Below, piece after piece: positions 1 through 9,500 of a stretch of DNA of 16,151 nt. Below the pieces are notes generated by a model. That model was not told the origin of the DNA. It was given only the letters and a program-made list of their open reading frames with translations, and did not search any database. The stretch is from Candidatus Latescibacterota bacterium (GTDB lineage Bacteria > Latescibacterota > UBA2968 > UBA8231). The stretch spans positions 1 through 16,151 of the forward strand of contig CBDBIJ010000088.1 in the NCBI GenBank assembly GCA_965205655.1. Direction: 5' to 3'. The translations under genes and the position numbers were made by a program. Numbering within the stretch: the first letter of the stretch is position 1; the number at the start of each line of letters is the position of its first letter.

Positions 1-20
1 AAAGGGGGCAGGCTTTGGAT

Positions 21-182
21 ATGTCAGTAGTCGAGGATGACCATCAATTCCAGGGAATTGATTTCAATGTAGTTCTACAATCTGAAACCGAAATAGCACG
101 AGGGGATTTTAAGACAGCAGATGAATTCTTCTCCGAGTTGCGTGATAAATATACCTCCCACAGTACAGTCACAGCTACTTGA
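21..182 (+). CDS. Small acidic protein, putative type II antitoxin (may extend 5' beyond the window)
   Basis: Frame is open from 3 to TGA at 180-182, with an ATG at 21 after AAAGGGGG. Translation MSVVEDDHQFQGIDFNVVLQSETEIARGDFKTADEFFSELRDKYTSHSTVTAT. The EIARGDFKTADEFF segment resembles antitoxin C-termini, and the ORF overlaps the next gene. Not in the ORF track. Confidence 0.45.
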   Translation: MSVVEDDHQFQGIDFNVVLQSETEIARGDFKTADEFFSELRDKYTSHSTVTAT

Positions 183-462
183 CTTTGTCCAATGTTATTC
201 TAGCGAAGGGATAATGCGAGCGGAACTGATCGATCAATTAAAAAATGAACAGTTTAATTGCATCCAAGGAGACCCTGAATCAGGAGCTCTCATTAAGGGT
301 CCTTTTCGTGGCGTTAATGGAAAACGATATCGTAAAGTCCTTTCACTTAGAGCAGATCCGGACAATTCGCATAGACTTGAAACATACCTAATGTGTGTAT
401 ACACTCACTCACCCCACCATACATCAGTGAGTATTGAATCTGTATCAAGCATAATGTACTGA
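142..462 (+). CDS. Putative RelE/ParE-superfamily toxin
   Basis: ORF 121..462, likely start GTG at 142. About 106 aa with the RelE/ParE-like layout: N-terminal strand-helix (VINIPPTVQSQLLDF), second helix, DPESG, then G.RYRK and C-terminal strands. AT-rich relative to the rest of the window. Confidence 0.4.
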   Translation: MINIPPTVQSQLLDFVQCYSSEGIMRAELIDQLKNEQFNCIQGDPESGALIKGPFRGVNGKRYRKVLSLRADPDNSHRLETYLMCVYTHSPHHTSVSIESVSSIMY

Positions 463-492
463 ATCAGCCTGCACCCGGTTTCCTGACAGGAC

Positions 493-1435
493 TCATTTCA
501 CCAGATCCCGATACATCAGCCTTTTCCCCACCATCCCCGCGTACACGTCCCGCATCTGATCGATAGTGTCCTTGTCCCGCAGATTGTGCCGCCCGGCAAA
601 TTCGGCCACGTAGCGGTGCAGGTGCTTGACGCTCATGCGGTGATAGGTGCCGTGGTAGCCGCGCTTGAGCATGGACCAGAAGCTCTCCATGCCGTTGGTG
701 TGGGCTTGTCCGTCCACCCAATGCCCACGCCATGCTTGCAGGTCGCGTGGTTGCTTAGGCCGTGATAGGCGTGGTGCTCGTCCGTGAACTTCCGGGCATC
801 TGTTTCTACGTGGTCCTCGACGAAGCCCTGGAGCGTGTCCCTGTCGGTCCCTGAACGACCTCGGCGCGGACCTCCTTCGTCTCCCGGTCCTTAACGCCAG
901 CGACGACAGCCTTGCCGACGGTGCCCCGGCCCGCATGGAGCCTCTTATCGGAGTGCTTGTTCCCCTCTAGGCCACCGATGAACGTCTCGTCGATCTCCAC
1001 GGGGCCGGAGAGCGGGGCGGTGCTGCTGAGAAATCCCTGACGGATACGCTGCATGAGGAACCACGCCGTCTTCTGCGTGATTCCCAGGTCTCGGTAGGCT
1101 TTCATCGAGGCCGTCCCCTTGAGGCCCGTGGACATGAGAAACATGGCCAGGACCCATTTCTGGTAGCCCACATGGGAGCGGTGCATGGCTGTTCCTGTGC
1201 GGACCGAAAAGTGCTTGCGGCAGTCCTTGCATCGGTAAGGAACGCTGGGATGATCAACCGGCACAGTGCGCTCGCCGTCGCAGTGGGGACACTGACGGCT
1301 CCCGGGCCATCGCTGAGCCTCCAGCCAGTGACGCGCCGCCTCGTCGTCGGGGAACATCTCGAACAGCTTAGGGAGCGTGATCCCACGGCGGTGTGCCCTC
1401 CCTGGTCCCGGCTGTCTACCCTTGCGCGTCGCCAT
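493..1435 (-). pseudogene. IS1595-family (ISXO2-like) DDE transposase, two frameshifts (~851 and ~722)
   Basis: ATG at 1435. Zn ribbon CPHC...CKDC, HTH, VEIDETFIGG. Middle frame gives TDRDTLQGFVEDHV...FTDEHHAY. Third frame gives HTNGMESFWSMLKRGYHGTYHRMSVKHLHRYVAEF. Confidence 0.9.
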
Positions 1436-1542
1436 GATACCGACCTTTCTACTTGAAGTCAAGGTGCTTTGCATGGCTATTAAAGTACGATAATAGGCTC
1501 CCAAATGCAAGGGATTTCTGGCTACTCAAAGATATAATCCCC
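493..1542 (-). mobile_element. IS1595-family insertion sequence (ISNwi1-like left end; right end not found in the window)
   Basis: Transposase motifs (next feature). Candidate left IR reads GGGGATTATATCTTTGAGTAG on the minus strand (1522-1542), resembling ISNwi1-group ggnnatTAT ends, and is followed by an A-rich 8-mer (AAAAAAAT). Confidence 0.75.
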
Positions 1543-1757
1543 AAAAAAATGACCCCCGCGGGGGACGTCGACGCCTTAGTGCCATAGAAACAGAGGCTTG
1601 CCTCACCTTCACTAATCTTGGGCATTGTCGGGCAGTGACAGAGCGATTTCCGCTTGTTCGGGTTACACACGCCGGCCATGTTCACTCGGTGGATCTCCCC
1701 TAACCGGGAGGGGTCGGAAGCGACACTGCCCCCTTCCTTTCCATGATGGAGGGCGCT

Positions 1758-3038
1758 GTGAGTAAGGAGTATGCACCAAAGCAGTTCTTGCGGCAGGCCG
1801 ACAACGCGCTGTTGGGTCAGTATTTCGCAGCCCGAGACTGGTTGACAGATATCAACCTCGCCGAGCTCGATGAGACCGACGTTGACACCGTGAACGACGC
1901 CTGGCATGGGCAACCAGGAGATGTGCAGGAAGAGATCGAACGGGACTTCCGCGATATCTCCGAGCTGGCTTCAGCGGATGGGACGCGGACACTGATCGAG
2001 GAAGGCCGCTTCCACGATCTCGACCTGGCGGACGACCTCGAGGAGCACGACGGATTCCTCAATAAGGCGTTCTGGGTTTTTCTGCATCACCCGCGACTGT
2101 TCGACGTGGCGCTCGTCATGAACCAGTCCGACCATCTCAGCCGTCGGTACTGGCGCAAGCGCGTGGACCTGCCCCGCACGGAGCCCGATGTGTCCTCGGA
2201 TGCCCTCGATCAGCTCCAGCGTGCGATTGGGGCCTACTTCCGTGAGAATCAAGGTCGCGGCAAGTACTGCCACGTGGACACATACCTGCGCGGCGATCGG
2301 CATCACTACTTTTTCGCCTATCCGGAGGACTACGCCGACACCTTCATTGGGTATTCGTCGGACGGTTGCTTCGAGCGCCGTGCTCAGAAGCCCGCCTTCG
2401 AGGTCGTCTTCATCTACGATCCGGTGGACGGCGCGCTCGATCTGTATGCCCAGGGCGGCCGGGCTATCAACGAAGACCTTCAGCGCATTTTGGTGCGCAC
2501 GATCCTCCATGACGATCTGCCCGACGACACGGGACGAGGTCGGGTGTACGACCTCAACCGCTTGAAGCATCGCTTCGCCTTTCCGACGGATCCGGCCGAT
2601 CGGATCCGCGAGGTCCGGATCAAGGAGTTGCGGTTTTCACTGCTGGGCACTCGCCGGCGGATCACGTACGAGGTCGACCCTCTTGGCCCCACCGACGAGA
2701 TCTACGATCTCATCGAGATGTCGCTTGCCGACAGTCGCCTGCCGCTGGCGACCGTGAACGTGTCCTCAGCTGTGCTGCAGATGCGTTTCGAGAACGCCGG
2801 TCGGAATGGTCGATCCACCAAGACGGTGACCTTCCGGGTCTCGCACCCGGACTCGTGCAATCTTCGCGACCGGCCAGAGCACCTCGTCGCCAAGAAGTAC
2901 GTCAAGGAATGGGGGCTCCAGCATGTCCGACCTGCTCTCGGCCGGGGCCGATCTCAAGGAGTCGAGGTTTTCGGGCGACGACACAGCCGGCTGGGAGGAG
3001 GGGGTCGAAGACAGACTTGTCGATGCCGGCCTGCTTGA
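1758..3038 (+). CDS. Hypothetical protein of phage/ICE-like elements, function unknown
   Basis: Long intact ORF with coding-like GC3 bias. GGAGGG RBS precedes GTG 1758. Motifs include GRGKYC, YFFAYPEDY, PAFEVVFIY, YDL..L and HPDSCNL. The last ~36 aa overlap the next gene. Confidence 0.85.
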   Translation: MSKEYAPKQFLRQADNALLGQYFAARDWLTDINLAELDETDVDTVNDAWHGQPGDVQEEIERDFRDISELASADGTRTLIEEGRFHDLDLADDLEEHDGFLNKAFWVFLHHPRLFDVALVMNQSDHLSRRYWRKRVDLPRTEPDVSSDALDQLQRAIGAYFRENQGRGKYCHVDTYLRGDRHHYFFAYPEDYADTFIGYSSDGCFERRAQKPAFEVVFIYDPVDGALDLYAQGGRAINEDLQRILVRTILHDDLPDDTGRGRVYDLNRLKHRFAFPTDPADRIREVRIKELRFSLLGTRRRITYEVDPLGPTDEIYDLIEMSLADSRLPLATVNVSSAVLQMRFENAGRNGRSTKTVTFRVSHPDSCNLRDRPEHLVAKKYVKEWGLQHVRPALGRGRSQGVEVFGRRHSRLGGGGRRQTCRCRPA

Positions 3039-4401
3039 GCGGATCGAGTATGCCCAGTCCGTTGTCTATAATGCCTGCGCCGAGGGCCACGCTGAAGAGG
3101 TGACCTTCATCGAGAGCCCGTCCGGCTCCCTCGTCCGTGCGTACCTGCTTTGCCCTGAGCACGGTCGTGTGCCAATTCCCCTTGATCGGTTGAGTCAATG
3201 GCGCATCGATTTCGAGGGCTTGGCGAGGGCGGTGGCATCGAGCCTGGATCTGGCAGGTGATGTCGAGCCGTTGGTGGCTGATCGTCTCTGGCGCCTCGGC
3301 TCAGCGCATCTAGGCGGTCGCACTCGCGAGGTGTTCCTGGGGCGAGGTCTGAGCTGGCCGGACGCGGCTCAGATGATCGGGGGCAGCCCTGCCTTTCAAG
3401 CCGCGCGGACCCCGTTAATCCTGGTGCCAGGCGCGACCCCACCACGCAAGATCTTTCAGGATGATTCCCTGCCGGTGGTGACCTTGAGCATGGTGGCAGA
3501 GCTGGTGGGAAACGGTGTTTCCATCGACCAGAGCCGATTGGAGAGTTTCCTCTTCACCGGAAAACGGTCTCGGCCGCGCTCTCAGTCAAGCTCCTTCCCG
3601 ACGCTGTCGGGCGTGAGTTGGTCGGACGTCTTCGTGACGATCGCGGATTTGTCTGTGCGGATCGAGGCTCGGGGAAAGACCCGAGAGTACTCCTTCCAGG
3701 AAGCTGGTTTTGAGAGCGAAAAGCAGCAGGGCTTGCCGGTCCAGGAATGGCATATGCTCACCGTGATTGCTATGCGAGGCGGCGTAGTCTCGTCGGACGA
3801 TGAGCACCTCGACGATCGCGTGCGGAATAACCTCAAACAATCCGTGTCCAGGCTCCGAGGTCGACTCCACGCTTTGATCCCGAAGATCGGTGGCGATCCG
3901 ATTGCCTTTGACGATGCGGCGCGATGTTATCGTACGACCTTTGGTATCCGCAGCGCGGAGACGGTGAGGTTCCCGACGCCCTCCGGGACGGGGTGGAGCG
4001 ATGTGTCGATCTCGCACGTGGGAACCAATGTCATCCACATCGGTGTGGATGCGACGGAGGTCTTCGCTGCCCACGGGCAGACGGCCACCGTCGGCCACGC
4101 CGTCCATCACTGGGAAGCGGCCGAACGGGCATCGACGTTGTTGCGGGACTATCCTCTCCGCGTACTCGGCGTAACGACAGAGGACGGCGAGCCGGACGAC
4201 CGGGGCGCGGCCCTGCCGGCCGTGTTGGCGAACGGCGGCACAATCCGGCGAGGCGGGGATGATGAGGCGATGCTGGGCTTGTGCGAATTCCTGACGGACC
4301 TGATGGGCCTCGACGACTCGCCGTTCGACTTCGCCTCGATCAGCGAGGAATGGGTGACCCGGTTCCACGTGCCCCACAAGCTCGATGCCGGTCATTTCTG
4401 A
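2923..4401 (+). CDS. Hypothetical protein with N-terminal Cys/His motif and a duplicated C-terminal domain containing a winged-HTH-like segment; possible DNA-binding regulator
   Basis: 492-aa intact ORF with CAEGH...CPEHG. Internal repeat FPTLSGVSWSDV (aa 225) and FPTPSGTGWSDV (aa 350). LKQSVSRLRGRL..PI.FD...Y resembles an OmpR-type recognition helix and wing. Confidence 0.75.
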   Translation: MSDLLSAGADLKESRFSGDDTAGWEEGVEDRLVDAGLLERIEYAQSVVYNACAEGHAEEVTFIESPSGSLVRAYLLCPEHGRVPIPLDRLSQWRIDFEGLARAVASSLDLAGDVEPLVADRLWRLGSAHLGGRTREVFLGRGLSWPDAAQMIGGSPAFQAARTPLILVPGATPPRKIFQDDSLPVVTLSMVAELVGNGVSIDQSRLESFLFTGKRSRPRSQSSSFPTLSGVSWSDVFVTIADLSVRIEARGKTREYSFQEAGFESEKQQGLPVQEWHMLTVIAMRGGVVSSDDEHLDDRVRNNLKQSVSRLRGRLHALIPKIGGDPIAFDDAARCYRTTFGIRSAETVRFPTPSGTGWSDVSISHVGTNVIHIGVDATEVFAAHGQTATVGHAVHHWEAAERASTLLRDYPLRVLGVTTEDGEPDDRGAALPAVLANGGTIRRGGDDEAMLGLCEFLTDLMGLDDSPFDFASISEEWVTRFHVPHKLDAGHF

Positions 4402-4481
4402 CCGGGCGTTTCCGCTGCCCCCTGCCTCTTTTTTCACCTCCCACATCCTTCCTGTAACTCCATAGCCGCCCAATAAGTTCG

Positions 4482-4700
4482 GCCCGGCTGACCGAAGCGG
4501 ACTATCTCCTTGTCGTGGGCACGCGGAAGTATGTCCAGTCGGTGGCCGACTACGCGCGCCAGAACGGGCTTGACTACCAGGTGGCCAAGAAGCGCCGGCA
4601 ACGCGCCGAGGCCACCATCCGCCAGTTTGAAAACAAAAAAGATGTGCCTCATCGCGAAAAAAGTGCCGAGATCGTGTCCCCGTCTCCATGCGAGGGGGGC
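4482..4700 (+). pseudogene. C-terminal remnant of a sigma-70 region 4-like / HTH protein
   Basis: ARLTEADYLLVVGTRKYVQSVADYARQNGLDYQVAKKRRQRAEATIR fits a region-4 HTH pattern. There is an in-frame TAA at 4455 and no N-terminal part. Confidence 0.5.
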
Positions 4701-4761
4701 CTTTGTCTAGTAGGAACAGCAACGAACCGACCGCCAGCACCGCACAAGGAGAGTCAATCCC

Positions 4762-5026
4762 ATGATCGGCAACGCCGAAGCCCGAGCCGTCATCGACGAT
4801 CTGTTTGAGGAGGAGGCCCTCATCATCGGCGGCCTCGTGGCGCTCCACTATCGAGGACGAGGTCATCTGGCGGCTCATCCGGAGTCTCGACGCTATCCGC
4901 CGGAAGGCGCTACGGCGACTGGCAGACGAGGACCCGACTGATGACGACACGTCGGAACCGAGCGAGGCCAACCACCGGCCACACCCGGCCATCCAGGAAT
5001 TCCTGCTCAAGCTACGCAGGGACTGA
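4762..5026 (+). pseudogene. Small hypothetical protein (~88 aa), one frameshift near 4848
   Basis: AAGGAG RBS, ATG 4762. MIGNAEARAVIDDLFEEEALIIGGLVALH continues in another frame as IEDEVIWRLIRSLDAIRRKALRRL...HPAIQEFLLKLRRD*. Confidence 0.65.
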
Positions 5027-5069
5027 TCCTTCCCAACCATCACCGAGAGCCATGTCAAAGGAGGTGCTC

Positions 5070-6032
5070 ATGCACACCGCGACGCGCGATCCCGTCGAGT
5101 CACCGTCCCCAACGCGGGGCCCGATACTGAGCCAGGATCCCCGTTTCAACGGGCCACGTCCTTGCCCAAACGCCTGAAGCTTTTCCTATGGGGCGATTCG
5201 GGCGTGGGCAAGACGACCTTGTCGCTCCAGTTCCCGGCGCCCGTGCTCATCGACCTGGAGGGCGGCGCCGACCCGTACGGGGATGCTTTCGACTTCCAGG
5301 TCTTGCGCTCCAGCACCGCCGACGAGGTGAGTGAGGCGGTGTGCTGGCTGCTGGCCAACGAGCACCCGTATCGCACCCTCATCATCGATCCGATCACCGT
5401 GTACTGGGACGCGCTGCAGAAGAAGTGGAGCGATATCTTCCTGCGCCGCAACAAGGCTCGAAGGGGTATCGCTTCGAGTTCTATGACCTGCAGCCGCGAG
5501 ACTGGATGACGATCAAGAGCGAGTTCAAGGAGCTCATGCCTGCTCATCGCGCTCGACATGAACGTCATCGTCACAGCGCGACAGAAGGTCCAGTACGCCG
5601 ACGGCGGCTTTATGAAAGTCATCGGCGAGACCTTCGATGGCGAGAAGTCCCTGCCGTACCTGTTCGACACGATCGTCAGGCTCTTCCGCGACGAGCAAGC
5701 TCGCTTCATGGCCGCATGCCTGAAGGACCGGACAAACAGGCTGCCGGTCGAGCCGTTTGAGTCGTCGTACGCCGTGTTCGAGCAGGCCTTTGGGATCGAG
5801 ACGCTGTCACGGGAGGCGCACCCGATCACCTCGGTCTCCGTCGAGCAGCTCGAACAGCTGCGCACCTGCATCGACGCGCTCGGCCTGACGCCGGCGCACG
5901 TCACGAAGCGCCTGGCCGCGTACGGTGCGATGCGGCTCGATGATCTCACGGCCCGAAACGGCCCGCACCATCCTCACAAAACTCGAAACCGCTCTCGCCC
6001 GTCGCGGCGAAAGCACAACAAAGGAGAGCTGA
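5070..6032 (+). pseudogene. AAA_24-family ATPase, Sak4-like phage single-strand annealing recombinase; four frameshifts (~5135, ~5456, ~5539, ~5953)
   Basis: AAGGAGG RBS, ATG 5070. RLKLFLWGDSGVGKT (Walker A), LIDLEGG, YRTLIIDPIT (Walker B), LDMNVIVTAR, KSLPYLFD, KDR. The final frame ends ARTILTKLETALARRGESTTKES* at 6032. Confidence 0.8.
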
Positions 6033-6035
6033 CCC

Positions 6036-6459
6036 ATGCCCAAAATCGATTTCAACACCGTCGACGATGCCGAGGATTTTTCGCCTCTGCCCGACGGCCA
6101 GTATCTGTGCCGCCTCCAGGATGTTGAGGAAGCACTCACCCAGCACGGGGACGAGATGTGGAAGCTGCGGTTTGTCGTGACCGAGGGGGAGCATGAAGAC
6201 CGCTATGTGTTCGACAACCTCGTGTTCAGCCCCGCGGCGCTCAAACGAGTCAAGCTCATCTGCTCGCGCTTAGGGCTTGATGTGTCCGGTGAGCTCGACG
6301 TGACGCCGGAGCTGTTAAAAGGCCGGAGCTGCCGGATCACCGTCGACACCGAATCGTTCGAAGACGAAGCGGCGCAACGTCGTGCCGTTTGCTGGGTACG
6401 ATCGGTACGACGAGGCGGCCGGCTCTGAAGATCTCAGCGAGGACGAGCTCGTCTTCTGA
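6036..6459 (+). pseudogene. DUF669-family phage single-stranded DNA-binding-like protein; frameshift or small deletion near 6372
   Basis: AAGGAG RBS. DFSPLPDGQY...MWKLRF.V.EGEH...VFDNL. The alternative frame gives RNVVPFAGY...SEDLSEDELVF*, an acidic tail ending in Phe as in SSBs. It follows the Sak4-like gene. Confidence 0.75.
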
Positions 6460-6462
6460 GGC

Positions 6463-6504
6463 GCGGAGCGCCTGGGGTTGCCCATAAGGCCTCGGGCGCT
6501 CCGC
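6463..6504 (+). other. Intergenic GC-rich stem-loop with no U-tract
   Basis: GCGGAGCGCC (6463-6472) and GGCGCTCCGC (6495-6504) form a perfect 10-bp inverted repeat. It extends to 17 bp with G-U pairs around an 8-nt loop. Confidence 0.7.
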
Positions 6505-6532
6505 CCGCATGAGACATCGGCGGCGAGAGACG

Positions 6533-9500
6533 ATGAGCACTGAGAAGCTCGAGCAGCACGAGGGAACCCTGTCCCGGATCCGCTACCATGTGTCCGCGTT
6601 CTTCATTGGCGTCCTGCACGACGGGACGACGGTGAAGGGTCACCTCCTTTCACCGCAGGTGGGCTTGGCCTACACCTTTCGCGGATCGTGGGAGCACCAT
6701 CCTCGCTACGGCAAGCAGTTCGCTTTCACAGACTCCCGTGTTTCGTATCCGACGGATCTCGAGGCGATTCGGTCTTACCTCATCGAGCATTGCCGGTGGA
6801 TCGGCCCAGCAATCTCCCGGCGTCTCGTGCGAACATACGGTGAGGACACCCTCCGAATCTGCAAGGAGGATCCGGACCGGGTTGCGGATGAAATCACCGG
6901 CCTCACCAAAAAGCGGGCTCAGGAGATCGCGGTCCTCCTGCGGAAAAATGAGGCTGATGAGCAGTTGCAACTCGCCCTCAAGGATCTGCTGGCCGGCACG
7001 TCGGTGAGTCGTGGTGCCACGAACAGGATTTTAGAAGCGTGGGGCACGGAAGCGCCAGCGCAGCGTACGCGAGAATCCTTACGGGCTGGTTGGGGCGATC
7101 TCCGGCATCGGGTTCATCACCGCCGGCGTTGCCCGGAAGGTCGGCTTCGACCAGACCGGCACCCCGCGCCTGCGAGCTGGCGTCTTGCACACCCTCACCC
7201 AGGCGGCGCTGGCCAACGGCCACACCTGCCTGCCGCGCAGGAGGCTCCTCACCGACGTGGCGAGTCTTCTCGACGTGTCGGAGGATCACATCGAGGCCGC
7301 ACTCAACGCGCTCGAACAAGAGGGCACTCTGGTACGGGATGATGACCTGGTCGGCCTCAAACAGTATCACGACGACGAGCAGCTCATCGCCGACAAGCTG
7401 AAAGCTCTTGCGGCGCATTCACTGCCGGCCGGCCGACTCGAACTCGCCGGGTTGGCTCAGGAGCAGCAGGACGCCGTCGCCCGGGCGATTACGACGAGCG
7501 TCTCCATTCTCACTGGCGTTCCGGGCTCAGGAAAAACCCACGCCATCAAGCGGATTATCGAGGCCTTTCAGGATGGTGAGGTCGCCCTGGCCGCCCCGAG
7601 CGGCAAAGCGGCCAAGCGCATGTTCGAGCAGACGGGATATCCGGCCTCAACGATCTATCGGCTCTTGGAGCCTCAGAAGTCCAGCGGGCGGTTCGTCTTC
7701 ACCCGCAACGCCACCTGCCCCATCGAGGCCGATCTCATTGTGCTCGATGAGGTGAGTATGGTGGATGTCTGGCTCATGGCGCGCTTTCTCGAAGCGGTGG
7801 CGCCGGGGCACCCGACTCATTTTGGTGGGCGATACCCATCAGCTGCCGTCGGTGGGACCAGGAAACATTTTGAAGGACCTCATCGCCTCTCAAACCATTC
7901 CGTGTAGCGAGCTGACGCAGATCAAGCGTCAAGAGGACGGGCTCATCATTCGCGCCTGTCACCGGATCAAGAACGGCTAGGATCTGCGGTGCGAGAATTC
8001 GACGGCGAGCGATTTCTTCTTCCTCTCGCGAGATAGCGAAGGGGCGATCTGCGAGACCTTGCTCGAGCTCGTCGGGCGACGTCTGCCAGCTCGGTTTCAA
8101 GCTGATCCCCTAAGAGACATCCAGATCATCACGCCGCTGCGCGAGAAGACGAAACTCTCCTGCAAGACCCTTAACGCGATTTGCCAGCGGCGTCTCAACC
8201 TCAAGCCTGAGATTCCCGGTTGCCGCTTTAAAATCGGCGACAAGGTTATCCAGACGAAAAACAGATATGACCTCGGGTTCATGAACGGCGACATCGGCTA
8301 TGTCCTCGGAGCGGACGAGGCGACCCGGAAGCTCACCGTGGCCTTTGAGACCCCGGAGCGGATCGTGGAGCTGTCGTTTTCAGAGCGTGATCTCGAGCTC
8401 GCCTATGCGGTCACGTGCGTCGCACCGTCCACTTGGATTTGGACAGATCAAGGATTGCAGCAAATCGGAGAACGCGGTCCTAAGAATCCATACGACCTCG
8501 CTGTTCCTCATTGCTTCGAGGTGGGCACGGAGCAAGGCGTGCGTCAGGCAACGCATGTCATCCGGCGGCGCAAGGGTGTCTCGGTCAAGATCAGGACACG
8601 ACTGGGGCTTGAATTGGAGATGAGTCCTGACCATCGCGTTCTCACAACCGACAGGACCACGGGTGCCGACACGTGGGAGCATGCCAGGCATCTCACCGAA
8701 GGCACGAAGATCCCGGTGTCCCGTTTTCTGATGGCGGGTTCGACTCGGCGCGTGTCAACGGACAGCTTTTCGCCGCTACAGCTGAGCAGCAATCGCAAGT
8801 CGAGCCACTGGCCGACACTTGTAGACGATCGGCTCGCCGAACTGCTGGGGCTGCTGGTTGCCGACGGCTGTTACACCGACACCGTCGATGGCCGTGTCGA
8901 CTTCAGCAAAGCGGAACCACTTCTATCGTACGCGCTCAATGCGGTTGAAGATCTCTTCGGCGTGTCCTGCACGAAGCATCGGAGTCCAACGACGAACATC
9001 GGCGGATTCTACTTTCACAGAAAAACCACACGCGAGTTCTTGGCATGGTGCGGGTTGGGCTACGAGCGGGCGAGCGAAAAGACCGTTCCCCGTGTGATTC
9101 GGGCGAGTCCGCCAGATATCCAGGCCAGCTTCTTGCGAGGTCTGTTCTCTGGTGATGGGTCGGTTACGGCTCGCCTCGTCCTTGCCACGTCATCAAGGAG
9201 CCTCGCCGAGCAGGCCCAGCTCATCCTCTTGAATCTCGGTGTCGTAGCACGGCGATCCTTATTGCGGGGGGCTCGGGACCGTGGAGCGAAGCATGGCGGC
9301 TCGAGATCTACGGACAGGACATCGATCGTTTCAACGCGACGGTCGGCTTCATCCCTGGAGCCAAGCACGACGACGCTCAGCTCCTTCGGGAGGACGTTCC
9401 CTATAGAAAGACGAATTGGGACTGCATACCCGGTGGGGTCGTTGCCGCCAGGCGGTTACGAGAGGCCCTGCGACAACGCGATGGGCGTAACTACCGGGCA

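Noticed and set aside
720..855. Programmed frameshifting in the IS1595 transposase
   Set aside because: Two separate shifts would be needed, no canonical slippery heptamer is visible, and the family normally uses a single ORF.
1553..1737. Palindrome CCCCCGCGGGGG (1553-1564) and hairpin at 1706-1737 as a riboswitch or ncRNA
   Set aside because: Short and GC-driven, with no recognisable RNA family motif.
3586..5058. 490-aa minus-strand ORF
   Set aside because: Antisense shadow of better-supported + strand genes in high-GC DNA, with no recognisable motifs.
5146..5949. 267-aa minus-strand ORF
   Set aside because: Shadow of the Sak4-like gene.
7978..7980. TAG recoding (pyrrolysine or alternative genetic code)
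   Set aside because: A single instance in a gene with three other lesions. A nonsense mutation or base error is simpler.
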